Source: Antedon mediterranea
Lineage: Eukaryota > Animalia > Echinodermata
DNA: 64,000 nucleotides
Reading direction: 5' to 3'
Assembly (NCBI RefSeq): GCF_964355755.1
Contig: NC_092674.1
Span: 10,044,001-10,108,000, forward strand
Positions 23,306 through 35,984 of this stretch are shown one piece after another. The notes below the pieces were generated by a model. It was given only the letters and a program-made list of their open reading frames with translations. It made no database searches and was not told the origin of the DNA. The stretch's first letter is position 1, and every line of letters starts with the position of its first letter. The position numbers and the translations under genes were made by a program.

Positions 23306-24046
23306 GTAGTTTTTGTTTTCGTACTATTCAAGTAATCTTTATTTTGTTTTAATATAAAAACAAAATTGGTTGCTGGTTAGACAGAAAACGGATAGGCTTA
23401 CAGTATAAAAAATATACAAAAGAAATCGAAACAAATAGAGTTTTATTACATTTTTCTACATTACAAAAAACGTAAAATTTCTTTTTTTATGTAGGCCTAG
23501 ATGACTTTAAATTTGTATTATTTTTTACATTGTTTAATAATGCAATTCAAATTGTCATTACTTAATGATTTGTAACAATTTGCTATGTACGGTATATATG
23601 ACATAAAGTTGTATAAGTGATACACAATGAACAATACATTAAATGATTGTATGTTATATAATTGTATTACACAGTAAAATTGATAAGGTAAATAATATTA
23701 TTTGGCGGTATCCAAGGGATCGGACTTATAGGTCCTATAGACTGAATGATTATTATTAAGGAAAATATCACTAATTACAATATTAGCTACTAATTTAAAT
23801 TGATTCATTCAATCGAAAGTTGAACAAGAATTGTGCGATTACCGTAAATGTACCAGTAAGCCTACTTTCTGTTCAATGAAACGGCTGTTTAACCGATTTT
23901 ATGCTTTAAACTGAAAATTTGGCGACATAGGCTCGCCATAGTACAATACATACCTTTGAAACGCATCAGACCATTAAATTTATTAGACCGTGAAGGAAAC
24001 AGTGTACACAGGATATATTAAATAAATACGTGTAGTTTAGTCGTCA

Positions 24047-24128
24047 GCTGTGATGGCCGAGTGGTTAAGGCGTTGGACTTGAAATCCAATGGGATCTTCC
24101 CGCGCAGGTTCGAACCCTGCTCGCAGCG
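24047..24128 (+). tRNA. tRNA-Ser(UGA): tRNA-Ser (anticodon UGA)
   Basis: GCTGTGA/TCGCAGC acceptor stem, TGGCCGAGTGG A box, TTGGA-CTTGAAA-TCCAA anticodon arm, GGGATCTTCCC variable arm, GGTTCGAACCC B box, G discriminator, oligo-T terminator at 24133. Confidence 0.96.
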
Positions 24129-24579
24129 AATCTTTTTTTTTTTTTTTATTATTTATTGCAAAAGGATTAATGTATTAATTTTTATTATGATGAAGCTTCA
24201 TTTAGGCGTATTTATTGTTTTTTTTTTTTTTTCGAATCACTTAATCTATATAACGCTTCATGCAGTAACTGTTTCTATTTCAGTCGTGTCAAAATTCGTG
24301 ATGTTCCCCTTGTATAACTATAAGTAGCCTACTGTGGGCCATATTTTATATGCCAATGTTTACACCCCTTTGAAAGGACTAAATACATCCTGCACAACAT
24401 GCAGTATTTATATAGTAATACAATATATAGTAATACATGGATGAATGTTTCTCTATTGCTGGATTGTTTAGGCCTACACCATTTTTTTTCAAAATGCTTG
24501 TCGCTCAAGTACAAACAAGTTTGATTTTCCATTATGTTTAATTTTATCTATATTATTTCTTTTAATTTTTATCGTATAG

Positions 24580-24724
24580 TCTTTCATTGTTTGGAAGTTT
24601 CCGAAAGGCGCGAAGACAGAGCCGAAATCGTATTCTAGAGAATTAACTGACCGTATGATGGATGAGGTTTTGGCGGATAAGTGCAGTTCTACTTATCAGA
24701 ATGACTATCTAGGAATACCACAAG
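24580..24724 (+). CDS. TEX26: TEX26-like exon 5
   Basis: SFIVWKFP...STYQNDYLGIPQ, CAAG|GTaaat donor, phase 0-1. Confidence 0.85.
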
Positions 24725-24773
24725 GTAAATGACATATTAATTATTTATGATATACCCAGTGGGGTTCCCCTAA

Positions 24774-24927
24774 AGCCTGGTTTCCACCAGGACGTAACGC
24801 AAGGGCGTAGACGCAACGCACAGCGAGTTGACCAATCACACGCGACTATTCGAATAATCCATCGCTTGAGATTGGTCAAATCACTTTACGTTACGTCCTT
24901 GCTTTGCGTCCTAGTGGGAACCAAGCT
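24774..24927. mobile_element. PIF/Harbinger (Tourist-like) MITE
   Basis: TIRs AGCCTGGTTTCCACCAG / CTAGTGGGAACCAAGCT with a palindromic interior; same family as 26253-26431. Confidence 0.8.
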
Positions 24928-25660
24928 TTGGTGTCACCTGAATATGGATTGATAGTATTTACACCGCCACTATTAATTATTATCATGTGTTCATTAATAT
25001 CATTACGGTATCTTTATTCATTCAAGAAATATAAAATACAATTGAAGTTAATGGCTGCTGAGTTGGAGTATTTTGTATAAATCAGTACAAAATGGGAAAA
25101 TGCAAAAAATATTAAGAAAAATTATTGAAAATGTTATTATTTTCAAAATATTAATTTTTTACTGGATGATTGTTTTCGTTAAGGACAGTTGACAAGCTTC
25201 CCTTGAGGACAGTAGACGTATGTTCGCTCCATTCATTATCGAACAGATCAATTTAACGTTCGTCCCGAAAAAAAATGAAGAACTTATTAGCATTATGACG
25301 TCATCATTCTATAGAGTATCTTTGTAAACAATTGCGTTAATAATACTTGTACTTTTTGTATTGTTCCCAATAATAACAAAATATGTTGTTGAGTTGGTCA
25401 TTTTAATAAAATTTGAATTGAACAAAAATATTTCTGATAAAATCGCATTCTTAAGGAGGAAAATATGAAGCCCTTTTACTGTTTTATGTTTCTGTTTTTT
25501 TTTAACAAGCGAAATCGCTAGTTATTTTACAGAAAAAGTTTAAAAATTTTATTAAAGTAGCCTACAAAATCTGTTTAACCAATACATCAAAACCATCAAT
25601 CAAACAATCAAATCATCAACTGCCGCTTTAACTTTATGTATAAATCTGTATTTAAAAAAG

Positions 25661-25837
25661 GTTTCCAAATGAAGTCTGCGTTTGACGAAGAGTTACCTGA
25701 AGATAAACCGCAGTTTACTTTAGATTCTACAATGCGATTCTCTTACCAATACCCAAAGAAAAAGGACGAATTACAAACGAACATTAGTAATAAATATGGT
25801 TGCTACAGGCACCTCCACCGTCCTGCCACCGGAATTG
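25661..25837 (+). CDS. TEX26: TEX26-like exon 6
   Basis: DSTMRFSYQYPKKKDELQTNISNKYGCY..PATGI resembles the TEX26 segment as I recall it (DTEFRRNYQIP..ELQ..KYGCY..GLVP); G|GTAAGT donor. Confidence 0.88.
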
Positions 25838-25939
25838 GTAAGTTCATTTTATTTGTCTAATCGGAAATTAATTTTGTTTCACATTGCTCATATGAAAGTT
25901 ATACAGAAGTTAATCTGCAAGCAATATAACAGTTACATA

Positions 25940-26249
25940 CAAATAAATAATAATAAATATCCTGGATTTATATAGCTCGTAACGTTGTGAAAGCGCTGAA
26001 CATTATTACCTCTCAGTCATTTTATTTTTGATCAAACACGTGTATGGAAACATACTTTTATAATGCAGCTAGTGATCAGCGCAAAGTTGTGTCTTGATCG
26101 GACCGGGTTCCCATTTATACACCTGTTGAGAGAGAGGCAAACGTAGGTAAAGTATACTACCTTGCAAGATATCAATGCGGCGAGAGTTGGATTCGAACCT
26201 CGATGTCACGATCATTAGTCGAACGTCCAACACACTGCGCCAAACGCCC
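25940..26249 (-). mobile_element. tRNA-derived SINE with CORE-like domain
   Basis: On the minus strand: B box GGTTCGAATCC, core TGCCTCTCTCTCAACAGGTGTATAAATGGGAACC, (TTA)n tail. Confidence 0.65.
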
Positions 26250-26252
26250 TTA

Positions 26253-26431
26253 AGCGTGGTTCCCACTAGCGACGCAACGCAAGGACGTAACGCAACGCAA
26301 GTGAATTGACCAATCACAAGCGATGGCTTATTCGCTTTTGATTGCTAACTGTCTATAACTTCGCTTGTCATTGGTTAAAACGCTTGCGTTCCGTTTACGT
26401 CCTTGCGTTACGTTCTAGTGGGAACCAAGCT
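26253..26431. mobile_element. PIF/Harbinger (Tourist-like) MITE
   Basis: TIRs AGCGTGGTTCCCACTAG / CTAGTGGGAACCAAGCT; TTA TSD on both sides (26250-26252 and 26432-26434). Confidence 0.88.
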
Positions 26432-27126
26432 TTAGGCGTCCTACACTGCGCCACATGCTCTTAAACTCGATAAACCATGATAATTTCCGTTATAGGCCTA
26501 CTGCATTATACAAAAAATATTAGCGCATGCATTTTTCATGTCATCCAATTTCATACCGAAACATTTCGAGACACAACAAATGTTGATAATTGTGACACAC
26601 CGACTTTTGTACGTCGACTTGTCACCGTGTATAAAATTGTTGCTCTCAATGATGCCTTAGATTAGATTAGTTTAACATACGAATACAAGAAGTTTAGATT
26701 TTGAAAAGTGTTTTAAATTAATGTGTATTTTATCGTTCCATAACATTAACTTAATAACAAGTTAAACTGAGAAACAATAGAAATCACTCAGAAACTGAGT
26801 GAAGTACTAAATATTGCCACAGAGGGCGCATGTTAATATTTCGGCCCATGTTAAAAGACTAACAAAGTTGTCTTTTTTTTATTTGTGAAGTTATTAATGA
26901 ACCTATTTTCTTGAATTTCAATAGGCATATTGTGTCAGTATATACCTATTTACACCGAAAATGTCAGAGTTATATACAGTATTCAAAATTGTAGGCTCTA
27001 TCATGCTAACATACAAATGTATTATACTTGACAAAATTCTGTTTTTGTTCCTTTCAAATACGCACTGCCGACGACTGAAAATATACACGGAACATAAATT
27101 GTTAAAATTCATTTTACTACTTACAG

Positions 27127-27276
27127 TTCCTACCGCAGCCAATGAGCAGAATATGCGCACTTTCACGTCATATGACCAATTCTTCAACAGACCATACAAA
27201 CCTGGTCAGGCTGAGATCAGCGAAGCAGTCAAAACAGGAAAGATTGCCGAATATATGAGAATTGCGAACGACAAAG
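27127..27276 (+). CDS. TEX26: TEX26-like exon 7
   Basis: ttacAG acceptor, VPTAANEQNMRTFTSYDQFF...IAEYMRIANDK, G|GTaggc donor. Confidence 0.85.
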
Positions 27277-27386
27277 GTAGGCTTAATATACAAATTAATT
27301 GTTGGGTTAAAATCTATAAAAGGGCGTGCTATAGGACTAATTATATGTTCAGTTTATAATGATGCATTGTACGGTTAACATTGAAC

Positions 27387-27434
27387 CAGGGAGGTATAAA
27401 ATAATTATTAAAATAATTATTTTATACCTCTCTG
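27387..27434. mobile_element. P-element-like 48-bp palindromic insertion or excision footprint
   Basis: CAGGGAGGTATAAAATAATTATT..AATAATTATTTTATACCTCTCTG flanked by the 7-bp direct repeat ATTGAAC (27380-27386 and 27435-27441). Confidence 0.7.
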
Positions 27435-27494
27435 ATTGAACGCTTATGACCACATTGTTAAGTCGATTTTCGTTGTTTGTTCGGATTATACATC

Positions 27495-28122
27495 TACGTT
27501 CACACTGGGTAACCGGAGAGGGAAAACCGACGTTACGTTTTTCGACCACTTCGTCCTGGGACCGCTATTTCAACACTGCCACCTACTACTGTTAAGCTAG
27601 TCAAACATTGTTTTTAATTTACCACAATTGAATCTTTATACATTTTCATAAATTTAAAAAAAAACGGTCTTTCACACCTTTTCCGGCAGGTTCCGGTCCG
27701 GGTGCCGGCAAATCGAACGTTTGTTTCGTTTTCACGACACTCCACTCGGCTATTCGCCAATCGATATGCGCGTAACCGCGTGAAAACGAAATATTGACGT
27801 TCGATTTTATTTGTTGCCGGCACCGGACCGGATTGGCCTATTTATTACCTATAGTGTAAATTGATACCGTTTTAACATCGATCGAGTATAAAAGACAATG
27901 CAAGGGTATAACGTTACCATTTTTTAGGCCCTGTTACTTTTTCTTATAATATTGGATTTGATAGTAAAGAAAAGATTAGTGAAAACGTAGCTACAGTTTT
28001 GAAATCAGGTAACAAAAAAGTCAATAACAACGCGCTATTTTTTGTTTGGACAAACTATTCCGTTTTCGCAAAGCGCCGGATACGTAACGAAGCCCAGATC
28101 CAGAGCTCAGTGTGAACGCGAG
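27495..28122. mobile_element. Nested Harbinger-like MITE remnants
   Basis: Outer inverted pair CGTTCACACTG / CAGTGTGAACG; inner fold-back 27690-27832 (tccggtccgggtgccggcaa ... ttgccggcaccggaccgga). Confidence 0.5.
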
Positions 28123-28169
28123 TAAATTAATTAATCCTATTATTTTTAATATAATCTTTTTAAATCTAG

Positions 28170-28315
28170 AACGTGACGTTTTAACTAAAATGCTCGGTGA
28201 TCACATAAGAAGACCTCCAACTCCAAAGTATCATCCACGTCCTCCATCTTCGCAGACATCCAGCCAACAGGCACATAATTTGACCTTTATTTCCGGTTGG
28301 ACTGGTCCAATGTAA
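28170..28315 (+). CDS. TEX26: TEX26-like exon 8 (last)
   Basis: aaatctAG acceptor, ERDVLTKMLGD...ISGWTGPM then TAA. All eight exon phases chain into one open frame. Confidence 0.82.
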
Positions 28316-28859
28316 AAACAAAATATTGTGAAATGTGCAATGTAACGTGTTATAAATACTCTTAATAGATTAATATATCAATTATGCATCGGTGTTGTTC
28401 TGTTTTCGTATACACAGTATAGGTAGAATTAAACCCCATCTTGGGCGCCTGTTTCTGCTGCCAAATAAATATAGGATATAATATAATACGGTATTATACG
28501 GTATTTTCCAGTACGGTAAAATTTATTTATTTATTTATTCAATTTCTGCCATATACATAAACAAAAAAGACAAAACAATTATAAAAGGAGGCACGGAAAG
28601 ACCAAACAGGTGCTAAACACCTATGCTAGTTGGTCAACCCAGAACAGAGAAAAATAAATAAATTACGTTCTACAATAAAAGCATCGACAAGAAAGCGACC
28701 AACTACACCATAAATGGTGCTTGGAAAAATATACCGTATAAAATATACCGTTCTCCACCAAATCTGTGGATACACATTTATACCGTATTCTTTTTACCCT
28801 TTTCTGCTGACAATAAATGCGCAGAACACATTAGTAGTCAAATTTGTTCAAATATGGCC

Positions 28860-29165
28860 CAATTTCGACTGTATAAAATATGTATTGAGGTGGCATGCGC
28901 AGACCACATTATGTGATTCTGTGCATGTCATATGTCAACAAATTAAAAGGTAGAAATTTGGCATTTCTTCGAAAAATGGTCAAATATCAACTGTAGAAAA
29001 TATATCTTGAGGTAACATGCGAAGACCACATTATGTGATTCTGTGCATGTCATATGTCAACAAATTAAAAGATAGAAATTTGGCATTTCTTCGAAAAATT
29101 GTCAAATATCAACTGTAGAAAATATATCTTGAGGTAACATGCGAAGACCACACTATGTGGTTCTG
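28860..29165. repeat. ~121-bp tandem repeat (about 2.5 copies), related to the downstream satellite
   Basis: catgcg(c/a)agaccacattatgtgattctgtgcatgtca at ~28893 and 29015, partial third copy at ~29137. Confidence 0.85.
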
Positions 29166-29489
29166 GTGGACATAGCCATCAATTATTTGCCTCTGTCACT
29201 TATCAAAGTTTCATTGTTGGTGTAGTTAATATTAATAAACTGATTTAATTGTTGTTGAATCATTTTCAACCATGTCAGTTTCGGTCTTCCTCGAAGTATT
29301 TTGGATTGTCTTTCTGCTTCTCGGTTTTGCCGGTGTTTTTTCAGAAAGCCCTATCAGGTGACCAAAACAATGAAGTCACCGTGTTTGTACTGTACACTAC
29401 TTCGGATTGATCTTTCATTTATATAGTGTAGTCCTTTTTTAAATTCAATCATTTCACGATTTGCATCAACTTTTGGAGACATAGTAAAA

Positions 29490-32400
29490 CAGTACAGGGC
29501 TTTTTTCGAAAAATGCCCAAAATGTCGAGAAAAATATATATTATTTTGCGATGCTATTACTATAACTTTTAGAACCATAGTAAACAGTTTGTCGAAAAAT
29601 AAAAGGGTCGAAATTTTGCCATTTTTGGAAAAAATCCCTGTACTAATGCCCAAACAAATTCAATTATTTTGCGATAATATTGCTATATGTGCGCATATAT
29701 TGCATTGCATTAACTTTTAGAGCCATAGTAGACAGTTTTGTCGAAAAATAAATAGGTTGAAATTTTGCATTTTTTGGAAAAAAAATCCCTGCGCTATAGC
29801 ACAAGGATTTTTGTCGAAAAATTGCCAAAATATTGACTTTTTAAAAATCAGTTATATTGCGATAATATTGCTATATATGCGCATATATTGCATTGCATCA
29901 ACTTTTAGAGCCCATAGTAAACAGTTTTGTCGAAAAATAAATAGGTCGAAATTTTGCCGTTTTTGGAAAAAATCCCTGTACTATAGCACAAGGATTTTTG
30001 TCGAAAAATTGCCAAAATATTGACTTTTTAAAATTCAATTATTTTGCGATAATATTGCGATATGTGCGCATATATTGCTTTGCATCAACTTTTAGAGCCC
30101 ATAGTAAACAGTTTTGTCGAAAAATAAAAGGGTAACAATTTTGGTTTTTTTTGGAAAAAATCTCTCTACTATAGCATAGGGAAATTTTCGAAACAATGGC
30201 CGATTTTCGACCCTTTTATTTTTTGTACTATAGCACAGGGATTTTTTTCGAAAAATGGCCAAAATATTGACTTTTTAAAATTCAATTATTTTGCGATAAT
30301 ATTGCTAAATGTGCGCATATATTGCATTGCATCAACTTTTAGAGCCATAGTAAACAGTTTTGTCGAAAAATTAAAGGGTCGAAATTTTGCTATTTTTGGA
30401 AAAAATCCCTGTACTATAGCACAATTCAATTATTTTGCGATAATATTGCTAAATGTGCGCATATATTGCATTGCATCAACTTTTAGAGCCATAGTAAACA
30501 GTTTGGCGAAAAATAAAAGGGTCAAAATTTTGCCCTTTTTTAAAAAAAAATCCCTGTACTATAGCACAGGGATTTTTTCAAAAAATGGCCAAAGTATTGA
30601 CTTTCTAATAATCAGTTATATTGCGATAATATTTCTATATGTGCGCATATATTGCATTGCATCAACTTTTAGAGCCATAGTAAAAAGTTTTGTCAAAAAA
30701 TACTATAGTACAGGGAAATTTTCGAAACAATGGCCGATTTTCGACCGTTTTATTTTTTGACATAAATGGTTACTATTGCATAATAAATATGCGCAGATAC
30801 GAATAATGGGTTCTGCGCATGTCAATTGTACTATGGTAACCGATTTTGACATAAATGGTTACTATAGTATAATGCGCAGAGGCGAATAATGGGTTCTGCG
30901 CATGTCAATTGTGCTATAGTAACCAGTTTTATCGAAAAATAAAAAGGTCGAAAATTGGTCATTTTTTGGAAAAAATCCCTGTACTATAGTACAGGGAAAT
31001 TTTCGAAAAAATGGCCGATTTTCGACCCTTTTATTTTTTGACATAAATGGTTACTTTTGCATAATAAACATGCGCAGAGACGAATAATGGGTTCTGCGCA
31101 TGTCAATTGTGCTATGGTAACCAGTTTTATCGAAAAATAAAAAGGTCGAAATTTGGCAATTTTTTGGAAAAAATCCCTGTACTATTATAGTACAGGGAAA
31201 TTTTCGAAAAAATGGCCGATTTTCAACCCTTTTATTTTTTGACATAAATGGTTACTATTGCATAATAAACATGCGCAGAGGCGATTAATGGGTTCTGCGC
31301 ATGTCAATTGTGCTATGGTAACCAGTTTTGACATAAGTGGTTACTATAGTATAATAAACATGCGCAGAGGCGAATAATGGGTTCTACGCATGTCAATTGT
31401 GCTATAGTAACCAGTTTTATCGAAAAATAAAAAGGTCGAAAATTGGTCATTTTTTTGGAAAAAATCATTGTACTGTACTATAGTACAGGGAAATTTTCGA
31501 AAAAATGGCCGATTTTCGACCCTTTTATTTTTTGACATAAATGGTTACTTTTGCATAATAAACATGCGCAGAGACGAATAATGGGTTTCTGCGCATGTCA
31601 ATTGTGCTATGGTAACCAGTTTTGACATAAATGGTTACTATTGCATAATAAACATGCGCAGAGGCAATTAATGAATTCTGCGCATGTCAATTGTCCTATG
31701 GTAACCAGTTTTGACATAAATGGTTACTATAATATAATAAACATGCGCAGAGGCAAATAATGGGTTCTGCGCATGTCAATTGTGCTATAGTAACCAGTTT
31801 TATCGAAAAATAAAAAGGTCGAAATTTGGCAATTTTTTGGAAAAAATCCCTGTACTATAGTACAGGGAAATTTCGAAAAAATGGCCGATTTTCAACCCTT
31901 TTATTTTTTGACATAAATGGTTACTATTGCATAATAAACATGCGCAGAGGCGATTAATGGGTTCTGCGCATGTCAATTGTGCTATGGTAACCAGTTTTGA
32001 CATAAGTGGTTACTATAGTATAATAAACATGCGCAGAGGCGAATAATGGGTTCTACGCATGTCAATTGTGCTATAGTAACCAGTTTTATCGAAAAATAAA
32101 AAGGTCGAAAATTGGTCATTTTTTGGAAAAAATCCCTGTACTTAATTGACAGGGAAATTTCGAAAAAATGGCCGATTTTCAACCCTTTTATTTTTTGACA
32201 TAAATGGTTACTATTGCATAATAAACATGCGCAGAGGCGATGATTGGGTTCTGCGCATGTCAATTGTGCTATGGTAACCAGTTTTGACATAAGTGGTTAC
32301 TATAGTATAATAAACATGCGCAGAGGCGAATAATGGGTTCTACGCATGTCAATTGTGCTATAGTAACCAGTTTTATCGAAAAATAAAAAGGTCGAAAATT

Positions 32401-35400
32401 GGTCATTTTTTGGAAAAAATCCCTGTACTGTACTATAGTACAGGGAAATTTTCGAAAAAATGGCCGATTTTCGACCCTTTTATTTTTTGACATAAATGGT
32501 TACTTTTGCATAATAAACATGCGCAGAGACGAATAATGGGTTTCTGCGCATGTCAATTGTGCTATGGTAACCAGTTTTGACATAAATGGTTACTATTGCA
32601 TAATAAACATGCGCAGAGGCAATTAATGAATTCTGCGCATGTCAATTGTCCTATGGTAACCAGTTTTGACATAAATGGTTACTATAATATAATAAACATG
32701 CGCAGAGGCAAATAATGGGTTCTGCGCATGTCAATTGTGCTATAGTAACCAGTTTTATCGAAAAATAAAAAGGTCGAAATTTGGCAATTTTTTGGAAAAA
32801 ATCCCTGTACTATAGTACAGGGAAATTTCGAAAAAATGGCCGATTTTCAACCCTTTTATTTTTTGACATAAATGGTTACTATTGCATAATAAACATGCGC
32901 AGAGGCGATTAATGGGTTCTGCGCATGTCAATTGTGCTATGGTAACCAGTTTTGACATAAGTGGTTACTATAGTATAATAAACATGCGCAGAGGCGAATA
33001 ATGGGTTCTACGCATGTCAATTGTGCTATAGTAACCAGTTTTATCGAAAAATAAAAAGGTCGAAAATTGGTCATTTTTTGGAAAAAATCCCTGTACTTAA
33101 TTGACAGGGAAATTTCGAAAAAATGGCCGATTTTCAACCCTTTTATTTTTTGACATAAATGGTTACTATTGCATAATAAACATGCGCAGAGGCGATGATT
33201 GGGTTCTGCGCATGTCAATTGTGCTATGGTAACCAGTTTTGACATAAGTGGTTACTATAGTATAATAAACATCCGCAGAGGCAAATATTGGGTTCTGCGC
33301 ATCTCAATTGTGCTATAGTAACCAGTTTTATCGAAAAATAAAAAGGTCGAAAATTGGTCATTTTTTGGAAAAAATCCCTGTACTTAATTGACAGGAAAAT
33401 TTTCGAAAAAAATGGCCGATTTTCGACCCTTTTATTTTTTGACATAAATGGTTACTATGGTATAATAAACATGCGCAGAGGCAAATATTGGGTTCTGCGC
33501 ATCTCAATTGCGCTATAGTAACCAGTTTTATCGAAAAATAAAAAGGTCGAAAATTGGTCATTTTTTTGTAAAAACTCCCTGTACTATAGTACAGGGAAAT
33601 TTTCGAAAAATGGCCGATTTTCGACCGTTTTATTTTTTGACATAAATGGTTACTATTGCATAATAAATATGCGCAGATACGAATAATGGGTTCTGCGCAT
33701 GTCAATTGTGCTATGGTAACCAGTTTTGACGTAAATGGTTACTATAGTATAATAAATATGCGCAGAGGCGAATAATGGGTTTTGCGCATGTCAATTGTGC
33801 TATAGTAACCAGTTTTATCGAAAAATAAAAAGGTCGAAAATTGGTCATTTTTTTGGAAAAAATCATTGTACTGTACTATAGTACAGGGAAATTTTCGAAA
33901 AAATGGCCGATATTCGACCTTTTTATTTTTTGACATAAATGGTTACTATAGTATAATAAACATGCGCAGACGTGATTAATGGGTTGTGCGCATTGTCAAT
34001 TGGGCTATAGTAACCAGTTTTATTGAAAAATAAAAAGGTCGAAAATTGGCCATTTAAAAAAAAAAAATCCCTGTACTATAGTACAGGAAAATTTTCGAAA
34101 AAAATGGCCGATTTTCGACCCTTTTATTTTTTGACATAAGTGGTTACTATAGTATAATAAACATGCGCAGAGGCGATTAATGGGTTCTGCGCATGTCAAT
34201 TGTGCTATGGTAACCAGTTTTGACATAAATGGATACTATAGTATAATAAACATGCGCAGAGGCGAATAATGGGTTCTGCGCATGTCAATTGTGCTATAGT
34301 AACCAGTTTTATCGAAAAATAAAAAGGTCGAAAATTTGCCATTTTTTTTAACAAATCCCTGTACTAGTACAGGGAAATTTTCGAAAAAATGGCCGATTTT
34401 CGACCCTTTTATTTTTTTGACATAAATGGTTGCTATTGCATAATAAACATCCGCAGAGGCGATTAATGGGTTCTGCGCATGTCAATTGTGCTATAGTAAC
34501 CAGTTTTATCGAAAAATAAAAAGGTCGAAAATTTGTCATTTTTTGGAAAAAATCCCTGTACTATAGTACAGGGAAATTTTCGAAAAATGGCCGATTTTCG
34601 ACCCTTTTATTTTTTGACATAAGTGGTTACTATAGTATAATAAACATGCGCAGAGGCGAATAATAGGCTCTGCGCATGTCAATTGTGCTATGGTAACCAG
34701 TTTTGACATAAATGCTTCGTATAGTATAATAAACATGCGCAGAAGCGAATAATGGGTTCTGCGCATGTCAATTGTGCTATAGTAACAAGTTTTATCGACA
34801 AATAAAAAGGTCGAAAATTGGCCATTTTTTTTGAAAAAATCCCTGTACAGGGAAATTTTCGAAAAAATGGCCGATTTTCTACCCTTTTATTTTTTGACAA
34901 AAATAGTTGCTATTGCATAATAAACATCCGCAGAGGCGATTAATGGGTTCTGCGCATGTCAATTGTGCTATGGTAACCAGTTTTGACATAAATGGTTACT
35001 ATAGTATAATAAACATGCGCAGAGGCGAATGATGGGTTCTGCGCATGTTAATTGTGCTATAGTAACCAGTTTTATCGAAAAATAAAAAGGTCGAAAATTG
35101 GCCATTTTTTGGAAAAAATCTCTGTACTAATAGTACAGGAAAATTTTCGAAAAAACGGCCGATTTTCGACCCTTTTATTTTTTTACAAAGATGGTTACTA
35201 TTGCATAATAAACATGCGCAGAGACGAATAATGGGTTCTGCGCATGTCAATTGTGCTATGGTAACCAGTTTTGACATAAATGGTTACTATAGTATAATAA
35301 ACTTAGAATAATGGGTTCTGTGCATGTCAATTGTGCTATAGTAACCAGTTTTATCGAAAAAAAGGTCGAAAATTGGCAATTTTTTTGAAAAAAATCTCTG

Positions 35401-35834
35401 TACTAAGTACAGGGAAAATCAATTATATATTGCATATATTGCATTGCTTTTAGAGCCATAGTAAACAGTTTTGTCGAAAAATAAATAGGTCGAAATTTTG
35501 CCCTTTTTGGAAAAAATCCCTGTACTATAGCACAAGGATTTTTGTCGAAAAATTGCCAAAATATTGACTTTTTAAAATTCAATTATTTTGCGATAATATT
35601 GCTATATGTGCGCATATATTGCATTGCATCAACTTTTAGAGCCATAGTAAACAGTTTTTTCGAAAAATAAATAGGTCGAAATTTTGCCTTTTTTTGGAAG
35701 AAATCCCTGTACTATAGCACTGTACTATAGCAAAGGGATTTTTTCGAAAAATTGCCAAAAATATTGACTTTTTAAAATTCAATTATTTTGCGATGATATT
35801 GCTATATGTGCGCATATTATTGCATTGCATCAAC
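29490..35834. repeat. Composite satellite of fold-back monomers: ~187-bp C units (29490-30700 and 35420-35834) flanking A (~90 bp) and B (~110 bp) units (30700-35420)
   Basis: Recurring CCCTGTACTATAGTACAGGG and ACATGCGCAGA-N14-TCTGCGCATGT motifs; identical spurious ORFs recur at a 955-bp offset. Confidence 0.95.
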
Positions 35835-35984
35835 CTACCTTAATCGTGTCATAGTTACTTCCACCGTTCAACTTCACTGTCATATTTATGGACTGAATGC
35901 CATTCTTCGAAAAAACGGCCATTAGCCTAACCCTAACATTAACTATCACTACACTTATAGTCTAACTAAATAGTAGGCTACTGG

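Noticed and set aside
24047-24128. tRNA-Sec
   Set aside because: The anticodon is TGA (reads UCA, Ser), not TCA, and the acceptor stem is the normal 7 bp.
29490-35834. CRISPR-like array, and the many ORFs called in this interval
   Set aside because: There are no unique spacers, no cas genes, and the context is eukaryotic. The ORFs are repeated translations of satellite monomers.
35925-35945. Interstitial telomere (CCTAACCCTAAC)
   Set aside because: Only about two units are present, too short to call.
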